From Acidobacteriota bacterium (GTDB taxonomy: Bacteria > Acidobacteriota > UBA890 > WLXD01), in NCBI GenBank assembly GCA_963666215.2, contig CAXWPL010000005.1, forward strand, positions 288,001-352,000: a DNA stretch of 64,000 nt. The letters run 5' to 3'. How positions within the stretch are numbered: position 1 is the stretch's first letter; each line of letters begins with the position of its first letter. Position numbers and translations under genes: made by a program. Below, in pieces: positions 1 to 8,657 of the stretch. The notes below the pieces were generated by a model that did no database searches, was not told where the DNA came from, and saw only the letters and a program-made list of their open reading frames with translations.

Positions 1-363
1 GCGTCCGTCCTTTGGCAGCGCCGCCACCTGCACGGTCGAGCGCGCCGGCGGGTCCGATGTGAAGTACTCGGCGTAAATCGCGTTGCAGGCCGCGAAGTCG
101 CCCATATCGGCGAGAAATATCGTGGTCTTGAGCACGCGGTCGAAGCCGCTGCCAGCGGCTTCGAGCACCGCGGCCAGGTTCTCCATGGCGCGCCTGACCT
201 GCGCCTCTACGCCACCCTCGACCATTTCGCCGGTGCTTGGGTCCAATCCGACTTGGCCCGCCGTGAACACCAACGTGTGAGGCCCTTGGTGCAGGGTCAG
301 GGCTTGTGAGTAGGGGCCGAGAGCTGCCGGGGCCTGAGCGGTATGAACGCGATCGTGGGACAT
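1..363 (-). CDS. ridA: RidA/YjgF/YER057c family reactive imine deaminase (3' end runs off the window)
   Basis: Not in the ORF track. Manual translation from ATG at 363 gives MSHDRVHTAQAPAALGPYSQA...VFTAGQVGLDP...VLKTTIFLADMGDF...PPARSTVQVAALPK, with GGAGG RBS upstream. Confidence 0.9.
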   Translation of the reverse strand, partial: MSHDRVHTAQAPAALGPYSQALTLHQGPHTLVFTAGQVGLDPSTGEMVEGGVEAQVRRAMENLAAVLEAAGSGFDRVLKTTIFLADMGDFAACNAIYAEYFTSDPPARSTVQVAALPKDGR

Positions 364-478
364 GGGTAAGACCTCCGAATCTGCGTGATCAGCAGGTGAC
401 ACGCCAAAGGAAATCAGGGGCGATCAATAGACTCCGATCGCCAAGTCGCATCGCCGCTCGGCGCCGGCCGAGGGTGCT

Positions 479-2689
479 TCAGGGTACCCGGCCGCGGCGC
501 ACAGCGCGTACCCCGTCGAGCTCACGAAGGCCCTTCAGCACGCGCTTCAGATGGCGGCTGTCGGTCACGTCAACGACGAGCTCGATCGTGCCGCGGGAGG
601 TGTCCATCTTGCTCTCGATGTGGCGGATGTTGGTCTTGTCGTCGGCGATCTTGGCGGTGAGCCTGGCCAGAAGACCTTGACGGTCGTCTACGGCGACGGC
701 GAGCTTGACAGGCTGCACCACCCCCTTGCTGCTGCGCCACACGACGTCGATCCGGCGCTCCTTGTCGAGCAGAAGTCGATCGATGTTGCCGCACGTCCGG
801 GCGTGAACCGAAACTCCTTTGCCGCGCGTGACGTAGCCGACGATGGCCTCACCTGGCACCGGCCCGCAGCAGCGCGCGCGGTAGACCATGATGTTGTCGA
901 TTCCTTTGACCTCGATCGCCGCATCGGCGGCCCAGCCGACCGCGCGCTCGAAGACGCGGCGCAGGCGACCAGGCGGCGCCTTGGGCTGTCGCCTGTCAAT
1001 GTCCTCTTCCGGCAGCAAGCGGGTGACCAGCGCCCGAACCGATACCTTGCCAAATGCCACCGCAACCAGAAGATCGTCAGCTTTGCCGAGGCCGAACTGG
1101 CTCGCGACGCTGTCCATCGAGCCGTCCTTCGACAGCCTGCTGAGGCGCGCGCCGTACTTGCGTAGCTCTTTCTCGCACATCCGCCGGCCCATCTCGACGC
1201 TGCGGTCCCTCTCCTGCTTGTTGAGGTGCGCGCGGATCTTGCTGCGCGCCCGCGTCGTCTGCACCAGCTGCAGCCAGTCGCGGCTGGGCGAAGCGTCCGA
1301 GCTCGTGACGATCTCGACGATGTCACCGTTCTTGAGGTGCTGACGTAGCGGCGCGAGCTTGCCGTTGACCTTGGCCCCGGAGCAGTGGTGCCCAACCTCG
1401 GTGTGCACCATGTAGGCAAAATCGAGTGCCACCGCCCCGCGCGGCAACGCCTTGATATCGCCCTTTGGCGTGAACACGTAGACCTCGTTGGGGTAGAGGT
1501 TGAGCTTGAGCTCCGAGAGGAACTCGCGGGGATCGGAGACATCTCGCTGCGACTCGACCAGTTGCCGGAGCCAGGCAAGCGCACGCTCGTTCTCGCCCGG
1601 CGTTGCCCCCTCCTTGTACATCCAGTGCACCGCGATCCCCTCCTCCGCGATGCCGTGCATCTGCTCGGTGCGGATCTGAACTTCAAACGGCCGGCCGGCC
1701 TCCATCAGGGTCGTGTGCAGCGATTGGTACATATTGGGCTTGGGCATCGCCACGAAGTCCTTGAAGCGCCCTGGCACCGGGCTCCATTGGTTGTGGATGA
1801 TGCCGAGCACCGCATAGCAGCTGCGGATGCTGTCGGTGATGATGCGGAAAGCAACGAGATCGTACACCTGCTCCAGGTCGAGCTCGCGCCCCGACATCTT
1901 GCGGTGCAGGCTGTACAAGCCCTTGACGCGGTGTTCCACCGTGCAGGGGATGGAATGTTCCGCCACGCCGGCGCGGATTCGTCGCTCGATGTTGTGCGTC
2001 AACCGTCGCGCGGCGCGCAGCCGGCCCTTGACGCTGGCCTCGAGCGCTGCGAATTCCTCTGGCTCGAGGGTCTTGAACGATAGATCTTCGAGCTCCCCGT
2101 GAATCCGAGCCATGCCCAGGCGATGCGCCAGCGGCGCGTAAATCTCCAGTGTTTCGCGCGCAATTCGCTGCCGCTTGCCCTGCGGCAGCACCGCCAGCGT
2201 TCGCATGTTGTGCAGACGGTCGGCCAGCTTGACGAGCAGTACACGCACGTCATCGACCATCGCGACCAGGAGCTTGCGGAAATTCACCGCCTGCTGCTCG
2301 AGGTCGCTCGTAAAGCGGACACGGCCGATCTTGGTCACGCCCCCGACAAGCTTGGCAACCTCGTCGCCGAAGGCTTCGCTCAGCCGTTCGGTGTCGACCT
2401 CCGTGTCCTCGAGGACGTCGTGGAGGATCGCAACGGCGACGCTGACGCCATCAAGACCGAGCTCGGCGAGGATCATGGCCACGGCCAGCGGATGGCTGAC
2501 GTAGGGCTCCCCCGACTTGCGGTTTTGACCCTCGTGCGCGTGCTCGGCGAACACGTGGGCGCGCCGTATCAGGTCAACATCACCGTCGGGCCGCTTGCGC
2601 TCGAAGATCTCGAGCACGTCCTCGAGCCGAACCACTCCGGAGCCGCCTATGGCGGCAGTTCGGGCACGAGAAAGGGTCCGGACGGCCAC
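479..2689 (-). CDS. spoT: Bifunctional (p)ppGpp synthetase/hydrolase (Rel/SpoT)
   Basis: HD hydrolase motif (AILHDVLED, KLADRLHNMRTL), synthetase RFKD...YQSLHT...EVQIRT, TGS (VFTPKG), ZFD (RCCGPVPG) and ACT domains. True start may be the GTG at 2635. Confidence 0.95.
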   Translation of the reverse strand: MAVRTLSRARTAAIGGSGVVRLEDVLEIFERKRPDGDVDLIRRAHVFAEHAHEGQNRKSGEPYVSHPLAVAMILAELGLDGVSVAVAILHDVLEDTEVDTERLSEAFGDEVAKLVGGVTKIGRVRFTSDLEQQAVNFRKLLVAMVDDVRVLLVKLADRLHNMRTLAVLPQGKRQRIARETLEIYAPLAHRLGMARIHGELEDLSFKTLEPEEFAALEASVKGRLRAARRLTHNIERRIRAGVAEHSIPCTVEHRVKGLYSLHRKMSGRELDLEQVYDLVAFRIITDSIRSCYAVLGIIHNQWSPVPGRFKDFVAMPKPNMYQSLHTTLMEAGRPFEVQIRTEQMHGIAEEGIAVHWMYKEGATPGENERALAWLRQLVESQRDVSDPREFLSELKLNLYPNEVYVFTPKGDIKALPRGAVALDFAYMVHTEVGHHCSGAKVNGKLAPLRQHLKNGDIVEIVTSSDASPSRDWLQLVQTTRARSKIRAHLNKQERDRSVEMGRRMCEKELRKYGARLSRLSKDGSMDSVASQFGLGKADDLLVAVAFGKVSVRALVTRLLPEEDIDRRQPKAPPGRLRRVFERAVGWAADAAIEVKGIDNIMVYRARCCGPVPGEAIVGYVTRGKGVSVHARTCGNIDRLLLDKERRIDVVWRSSKGVVQPVKLAVAVDDRQGLLARLTAKIADDKTNIRHIESKMDTSRGTIELVVDVTDSRHLKRVLKGLRELDGVRAVRRGRVP

Positions 2690-2808
2690 GCGATCGCCTG
2701 CGGCTGACGGGGCGCAAGAAGCGCCGGTAACGAGCGACCCGGCAGTCGGCCGCTAGGCGCGGCTACGAGTGCGACCGCGACGACGATCCGCTACCGGGAG
2801 TTCCCCCG

Positions 2809-2817
2809 AGGATACCA
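2809..2817 (-). promoter_or_regulatory. Putative extended -10 promoter element (TGGTATCCT) for the Rel gene
   Basis: TGnTAnnnT match in the secF-rel intergenic region. The same pattern recurs upstream of other genes in the window. Confidence 0.4.
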
Positions 2818-2865
2818 CCGGCGACGCCGAATTCGCTGGGGTCACAGCCAACTCGCCACCGGCGA

Positions 2866-4035
2866 TCACGCGCGTAGCTTGCGCCTCGCGGTCTCGCGCT
2901 CCTCCCACAGATACACGATGGGCGCGGCGACGAAGAGCGACGAGTAGGTGCCGATGACCACGCCGATGAGCAGTGCAAACGAGAAATCGTTGATCACCGG
3001 GCCGCCGAGCACGAACAGCGACACCACCACGATCAACGTCGTCATCGAGGTGAGCAACGTGCGCGACAGGGTTTGGTTGAGACTGAGGTTGAAACGATCG
3101 AACACGGGCATCCGCCTCTGGGTCGTGTTGTTCTCGCGGATGCGGTCGAACACGACCACGGTATCGTTCAGCGAATAGCCGACGATCGTCAACAACGCCG
3201 CCACGACCGGCAGATTGAACTCACGGCCGCTGAGCGAGAAAGCGCCGACGGCCACGAGGACGTCGTGCACGAGCGCGACCACGGCCGCGACACCGAAACG
3301 GAACTGGAAGCGGTACGTGATGTACGCGAGCAGTCCCACCAGCGCCCAGATGATCGCCTGCACCGTCTGACGGCGCAACTCCTGCCCGACCTGCGGCCCC
3401 ACCGACTGGCTGTCGACAACGGCGTAAGACCCCAGCCTCGTACCGTCGCGAACGGCGCTCAGGACGCGCTCGTCGGCGGTGTCAGCGCGGAAGCCGTCCC
3501 ATGTGGTGAGCAGCCCCTGCTGCGCCTTCGCCGCGTAAATCGCGTCGACCCCCTCTCGGTACGCGGCCTGCGCAGCCTCGAGGTCGAGGTCGAGGTCGAA
3601 CTCCAAGGGATTGGCTCGCAACAGGAGCGCCAGAACCTGATCTTGGCCGGCCATGTTGATGTCGAGCGCGTCGTCCTCCGAGCCATAAATGTCGGCAAGT
3701 GCCGCGGTTACAGCGGCGACGGCCGCGTCGATCTCGCTTCCTTCGGTGACCGCGCCGGGAGCCCTGATCAGCACCTCGTTCGAGCCCGCTTCGAATTCCT
3801 GCAGCGTCACTTCCGGCAGGCCCGCTGTGGTCAACGCGTCGCGCAGCGCGCCAAGGTCTGGCGCCTGCGCGAAGCGGACGACAATCTGGCTGCCACCGGC
3901 GAAGTCGATGCCGAGACGCGGCCCGCCGGCGAGGATGAGGGATCCGACGCTGACCGCGAGGAGCGCAGCCGACACGGCAAAGCCCAGGCTGCGCTTGCCG
4001 AGGAAATCGATGTGGGTCTCGCCAAAGAATCTCAT
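2866..4035 (-). CDS. secF: Protein translocase subunit SecF, with an inserted periplasmic domain
   Basis: LGIDFAGG, VGPQVG, GYSLNDTVVVFDRIRE and GTYSS motifs; lies directly downstream of secD. Confidence 0.95.
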   Translation of the reverse strand: MRFFGETHIDFLGKRSLGFAVSAALLAVSVGSLILAGGPRLGIDFAGGSQIVVRFAQAPDLGALRDALTTAGLPEVTLQEFEAGSNEVLIRAPGAVTEGSEIDAAVAAVTAALADIYGSEDDALDINMAGQDQVLALLLRANPLEFDLDLDLEAAQAAYREGVDAIYAAKAQQGLLTTWDGFRADTADERVLSAVRDGTRLGSYAVVDSQSVGPQVGQELRRQTVQAIIWALVGLLAYITYRFQFRFGVAAVVALVHDVLVAVGAFSLSGREFNLPVVAALLTIVGYSLNDTVVVFDRIRENNTTQRRMPVFDRFNLSLNQTLSRTLLTSMTTLIVVVSLFVLGGPVINDFSFALLIGVVIGTYSSLFVAAPIVYLWEERETARRKLRA

Positions 4036-4071
4036 TGCGGATCGGCCTCGGGATTCGAACTCGGTCGCTTG

Positions 4072-5628
4072 CTAGATGCTGAGGCTGCGCGGTCGAAGCA
4101 GCGTCCAAAGATCGAAGAGCACGCGCGACACGAAAACCGCGGTGAACATCGAGGCGAGGATGCCGATCACCAGCGTGACGGCGAAGCCTTTCACCGGACC
4201 GGTGCCGAACTGAAACAGGAACACCGCGGCCACCAGGGTCGTGATGTTGGCGTCGACAATCGCCGAGAATGCCTTGGCGAAACCCGTGTTGATAGCTGAG
4301 CGCACGGTCTTGCCGAGATTGATCTCCTCACGAATTCTTTCGAAGATCAGCACGTTGGCGTCGACCGCCATGCCGATCAGCAGGATCATGCCGGCAATAC
4401 CCGGAAGGGTCAGCGTCGCCTCCAGCATGGCCATGACGCCCATGACGATGACGAGGTTGAGCGCCAGCGCGACAATCGCGTTGATGCCGGCGCCCTTGTA
4501 GTAGACGAGCATGAACGCCACGACGATCGCCAAGCCCACGCTCGCGGCAGCCACTCCCCGATCGATCGACTCGCGGCCGAGCGACGGCCCCACAGAGCGT
4601 TCCTCTAGGTAGCGGATCGACGCTGGCAACGCACCCGCACGGAGCACCAGGGCCAGATCCTCGGCCTCCTCGAGCGAGTAGCCGCCACGGATTTGCCCGT
4701 TGTTGATGATGCGCTCCTCGATAATCGGTGCCGTCTGGACCCGATTGTCGAGGATGACGGCCAGGTAGCTGCCCACGTTGGCGCCCGTGGCTTCGCCGAA
4801 TTTCCGTGAGCCCTCGGCATTGAGTGTGAAGTTGACGGAGGGCAAGCCGAACTCGTCCTGGCCCATCCGCGCCGTCCTCAGGTCGCGGCCAGTAATGACC
4901 GGATCGCGGTCCACCAGGTAAAAGTGCGTGTGAGCCGCAACACCCTCGTTCCCCGTGCCGGTCACCACTTCCGAGGCCGCGGGTACCAAGCCGTCGGGCA
5001 GCAGCAGCTCGCGACTGTCGGCCGGGCCACGCTGCACCAACTTGAGCTCGAGCAGGGCTGTGTTGCGCAGCAGCTCCTTCACCCTCTCGGGGTTCTCCAC
5101 GCCGGGAAGCTGAACGAGAATGCGATCGCCGGTGATGCCTTGCCGCTGAATGATCGGCTCGCTGACGCCAAACTCGTCGATTCGGTTGCGGATGGTCTGC
5201 AGCGCCTGCTCGATCGCGGTGTCGCGGTAGCGAGTGGCCGTGGTCGCAGACAGAACGAAGCGGACTCCCGGGGCGCCGTCGTCGCCGCTGACGCGGGACG
5301 TGCTGTACACCGAGTAGTTGTCGGTTGCCACCTGAAGAGCGCGGTCTCGATCGGCATCCGACGCCAACAGCACGGTGCCGCCGCGAGTACCGTCAGGCGT
5401 CACGCTGGCCGCCTCAATGCCTTCGTCGGCGAGAAAGCGGCGGAACGAATCGAGGTCGTCACGGACCTCCGCCTCTACCGCCTCGTCGGCGTCCACGCTG
5501 AGCACCAGATGGATGCCGCCGCGCAGATCGAGGCCGAGCTTGATCTTCTCGCCGGGCGGATAGGACAGGAAGGCGAAGAGCGCGGCGACACCGGCGATCA
5601 GGATTAGCTTCCAGCGCAGCTCTTGCAT
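4072..5628 (-). CDS. secD: Protein translocase subunit SecD
   Basis: LGLDLRGG, RNRIDEFGVSEP, VGPSLG and GMAVDANVLIFERIREE motifs. Confidence 0.96.
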   Translation of the reverse strand: MQELRWKLILIAGVAALFAFLSYPPGEKIKLGLDLRGGIHLVLSVDADEAVEAEVRDDLDSFRRFLADEGIEAASVTPDGTRGGTVLLASDADRDRALQVATDNYSVYSTSRVSGDDGAPGVRFVLSATTATRYRDTAIEQALQTIRNRIDEFGVSEPIIQRQGITGDRILVQLPGVENPERVKELLRNTALLELKLVQRGPADSRELLLPDGLVPAASEVVTGTGNEGVAAHTHFYLVDRDPVITGRDLRTARMGQDEFGLPSVNFTLNAEGSRKFGEATGANVGSYLAVILDNRVQTAPIIEERIINNGQIRGGYSLEEAEDLALVLRAGALPASIRYLEERSVGPSLGRESIDRGVAAASVGLAIVVAFMLVYYKGAGINAIVALALNLVIVMGVMAMLEATLTLPGIAGMILLIGMAVDANVLIFERIREEINLGKTVRSAINTGFAKAFSAIVDANITTLVAAVFLFQFGTGPVKGFAVTLVIGILASMFTAVFVSRVLFDLWTLLRPRSLSI

Positions 5629-5638
5629 CGCGAGTCTC

Positions 5639-5655
5639 GGGGGGGGGGGGGGGGG
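5639..5655. repeat. G17 homopolymer (C17 on the coding strand) in the yajC-secD spacer
   Basis: 17 consecutive G read directly, ending 10 nt upstream of the secD ATG. Confidence 0.85.
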
Positions 5656-5691
5656 TGCGGATGGCCCTAGAGGGCTCGTTCCAGAAATCCG

Positions 5692-6027
5692 TCAGTCTTG
5701 ATTGGGCGGCTTGGCCAAGCTCGACACGCTCGGTTTGGTGACCTCGATCTTGACCTGCTCGGCGATCTTCAGGCGAATCCTGTCTTCCTGGATCCCGACT
5801 ACGGTGCCGTAGATGCCGCCGCTCGTGACCACCTTGTCGCCGTGCTTGAGCGCCGCGATCATCGCGTCGTGCTCGCGTTGGCGACGACGCACGGGAGCGA
5901 TCAGCAGAAAGTAGAAGATCGGCAGGAGCAGCAGGATCGGGACGAGCCCCGCCCACGGACTCTGGCCCTGCGTCGGGGCGATCAGCCAGATGTTCAGCAA
6001 TGGTGCGGACAAGCGCGAGATCTCCAT
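5692..6027 (-). CDS. yajC: Preprotein translocase subunit YajC
   Basis: FYFLLIAP...LKHGDKVVTSGGIYGTV; tgt-yajC-secDF synteny. Start codon uncertain (ORF extends to 6084). Confidence 0.9.
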   Translation of the reverse strand: MEISRLSAPLLNIWLIAPTQGQSPWAGLVPILLLLPIFYFLLIAPVRRRQREHDAMIAALKHGDKVVTSGGIYGTVVGIQEDRIRLKIAEQVKIEVTKPSVSSLAKPPNQD

Positions 6028-6120
6028 GTCCCAAGTGCCAGGCAACGTACGTACGCTTCCCGCGCTCGGCAATGCGAATTGCACCGGGCCACCGCGCGCT
6101 CGACCGCGCTCATTCGCTGC

Positions 6121-7296
6121 CTATTCGCTCTCGACACCTTGGTCGATTCGGCCCAAGCGGGCACGCAGCTCGGCGAACTCACCGGCCGCGATAGCCTGAC
6201 GGATGCCCCTCATGGTGTCAAGATAGAAGGTCAGGTTATGGAGCGTGAGAAGCACGCTGGCGAGCATCTCACGGCGTTGATTCAGATGACGCAGATAGGC
6301 GCGCGAATAGCGCTCGCATGCCGGACAACCACAGGCCTCGTCGAGAGGCCTTTCGTCGTCGGCGTACGCCGCATGCCGTAGCGTAATGCGACCGCGGCTG
6401 GTAATCGCCACGCCGTTGCGGGCGTGGCGCGTGGGGATGACGCAGTCGAAGAGATCAACGCCTCGGGCCACCCCCTCGATGAGATCGTGCGGCGTACCCA
6501 TGCCCATCAGGTAGCGGGGCTTGTCGCCAGGCAGTTCCTCGATCGCTGCGCCGAGCGCCGACCAGGTCCGTGCCTTGTCCTCGCCAACCGAAAGACCACC
6601 CACCGCGTACCCGTCGAACGGCAACGCGGCAAGAGCAGCCGCGTGGGCCGCGCGAAGCTCCTCGTGCTCGCCCCCCTGGGCGATGGCGAAGAGTCCGCCA
6701 GGCAGCAGATCGCGACGTGCCAGGCTGCGCTCGGCCCATCGCTGACTGCGCTGCATGGCGGCCGCCGCGCGACCCCGGTCGGCAGGATTGGCGATGCACT
6801 CGTCGAGCACCATCGCCACGTCAACGCCCAGGTCCGCCTGGATCTCAACGACCCGTTCGGGGGTCAGTCGCGCGCGCGACCCGTCGATCGGAGATTGAAA
6901 CGTGACACCGTCGTCGTCGATGATGCGCCGGCCCGCAAGCGACATCACCTGATAGCCACCACTGTCAGTCAGGATTGGCCGCCGCCATCCCATGAACCGA
7001 TGCAAGCCACCGAGCCTCTTGACACGGTCTGCCCCGGGCCGGTCCGAAAGGTGGTAAGCGTTGGAGAGTACGATCTGGGCTCCGACCGCTTCGAGGTCCT
7101 GGGCTCGAACACCCTTGACCGCGCCGTAGGTGCCCACGGGCATGAACTCCGGCGTCTCGACGTCGCCGTGCGGTGTCCGCAGTCGCCCACAGCGAGCGCA
7201 GTCGGCGCCCATGGCTTCAGCGACGCCGGCCTCCGCCACCGGCTGGTCGCCGGGCGCACGGCCTGGGGCGGGCACAGTGATATCGAACTCGATCAT
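6121..7296 (-). CDS. tgt: tRNA-guanine transglycosylase
   Basis: FMPVGT, LTDSGGYQ, LDEC, GGLSVGE, YLMGMG and FDCVIPTR motifs; Zn site CGCPAC...H. Confidence 0.96.
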   Translation of the reverse strand: MIEFDITVPAPGRAPGDQPVAEAGVAEAMGADCARCGRLRTPHGDVETPEFMPVGTYGAVKGVRAQDLEAVGAQIVLSNAYHLSDRPGADRVKRLGGLHRFMGWRRPILTDSGGYQVMSLAGRRIIDDDGVTFQSPIDGSRARLTPERVVEIQADLGVDVAMVLDECIANPADRGRAAAAMQRSQRWAERSLARRDLLPGGLFAIAQGGEHEELRAAHAAALAALPFDGYAVGGLSVGEDKARTWSALGAAIEELPGDKPRYLMGMGTPHDLIEGVARGVDLFDCVIPTRHARNGVAITSRGRITLRHAAYADDERPLDEACGCPACERYSRAYLRHLNQRREMLASVLLTLHNLTFYLDTMRGIRQAIAAGEFAELRARLGRIDQGVESE

Positions 7297-8657
7297 CTGC
7301 CCGGCGAGGCCTTCGGGTTCGCCAACTCGTCAGGCGGCGCGCTCCCGGTCCCGCAAGCACCAGAGCCCGCGCTATCGGCGAAGTGATCGAAGCCGCGCGG
7401 CGCCAGCTCGCGTCGTTTGCCCTCGGCCACGATCGTGATCGCTGTCGCCTCGTCTTCGCCGACCGGTTGCGACTTTGGGGCACAGATTGACCCTATCCGT
7501 CGAGCGGCAACGCCGTGCCGCGCCGCCAGACCGGCGAAGGCTTCAGAACGGCCCGCATGGACGGCACAGAGCAACTCGTAGTCGTCGCCCCCGTGCAACA
7601 CCCATTGGAGCACCAAGTCGGCCACCGCCGCCGGCTGAGAGGGCGCGTCGCCCCAGTCGACGGGATCAGCGGTATCGGCCGTATCGGCGCGGTCGGCGCG
7701 GTCGACGGCGCCGATCAGATGAGCAGCCGCGAGCAGTACGGGATCCGCGAGCGCCTCCCTCTGCAGCACGGCTGCGACTCCCGAAGCACGGCACATCCGC
7801 TCGAGGTCAGTCGCAAGGCCATCGCTGACGTCCAGCATGGCAGCAACGAGGCCGGCGGCTCCGGCTTCGGCCCCGAGCTGTATCGGCGGGCAAGGTCGCA
7901 CGAAAGCGGCGACGCACACCGATGCGGCCGACTCATCATCGGGCGTTGTTTCCATGGCCAGCAGCTCTCGCCCGGCGGCTGCGCGGCCGGGATACCCGGT
8001 GACCCAGAGCTCCATTCCTTCAACGGCGCCGTCGCGACGAACCGGCTCACCCGGCCGGGCCGCAGCGGCGTCGACCGCGCGACTGTCGTCCGTGTGCTGA
8101 ATCACACCGATCGCGGTTACGGTCAGGCCGCGCTCAGCGCCGCGACCGAGGTCGCCGCCGATCACTGCCACTCCGAGCTCGACCTGCGCATCGGCCATGC
8201 CATCGGCGACGCCGTCGAACCATTCGTTCGGAGTGTCTCTGGGCGCCTGCACCGTGCACAGGGCCCAGCGCGGTACGGCTCCCATCGCCCCGAGATCGCT
8301 GCAAGCGACCGCGAGGGCGCGCCGGCCGAGCTGTTGGGGTGTCAGCCACGAACGCTCGAAGTGCACCCCTTCCCGCTGCGCATCGACGGAGAGAACCAAC
8401 CTTCCTGCGGGCGACCGGACCACGGCAGCGTCGTCCCCCGGCCCGAGCTCGAGGCGAGCCATCGCGTCGGCGAGGGCGGCTTGCGGAGAGGCGGCCGCGC
8501 CGAGCGATGCGGTCGACGCGGCGGTGTGACTCTCGGGGATCGCGGCGGCCAATCGGCGGCGGATACGCTCGATACGCCCGGTCTCCAACCCGCCATCAGC
8601 CCGGCACGCGGCGGATCCAGAAGCCCGTCGCAGCTCGCGGCGCGAAGTCTGGCTCAT
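7293..8657 (-). CDS. thiL: Thiamine-phosphate kinase with low-complexity insertions
   Basis: GPGDDAAVV, EGVHF, SDLGAMGA, IGGD, MLDVSDGL and GGDDYELL motifs. Start ATG at 8657 overlaps the upstream stop (ATGA). Confidence 0.88.
   Translation of the reverse strand: MSQTSRRELRRASGSAACRADGGLETGRIERIRRRLAAAIPESHTAASTASLGAAASPQAALADAMARLELGPGDDAAVVRSPAGRLVLSVDAQREGVHFERSWLTPQQLGRRALAVACSDLGAMGAVPRWALCTVQAPRDTPNEWFDGVADGMADAQVELGVAVIGGDLGRGAERGLTVTAIGVIQHTDDSRAVDAAAARPGEPVRRDGAVEGMELWVTGYPGRAAAGRELLAMETTPDDESAASVCVAAFVRPCPPIQLGAEAGAAGLVAAMLDVSDGLATDLERMCRASGVAAVLQREALADPVLLAAAHLIGAVDRADRADTADTADPVDWGDAPSQPAAVADLVLQWVLHGGDDYELLCAVHAGRSEAFAGLAARHGVAARRIGSICAPKSQPVGEDEATAITIVAEGKRRELAPRGFDHFADSAGSGACGTGSAPPDELANPKASPGR

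Noticed and set aside
418-442. GGCGATC/GATCGCC hairpin between rel and ridA
   Set aside because: A single 7-bp stem with no U-tract; not enough to call a terminator or ncRNA.
4045-4068. GTTCGAATCCC (tRNA T-loop-like) on the minus strand between secD and secF
   Set aside because: The spacer is only 36 nt, the T-stem does not pair properly and there is no cloverleaf; not a tRNA or a convincing att site.
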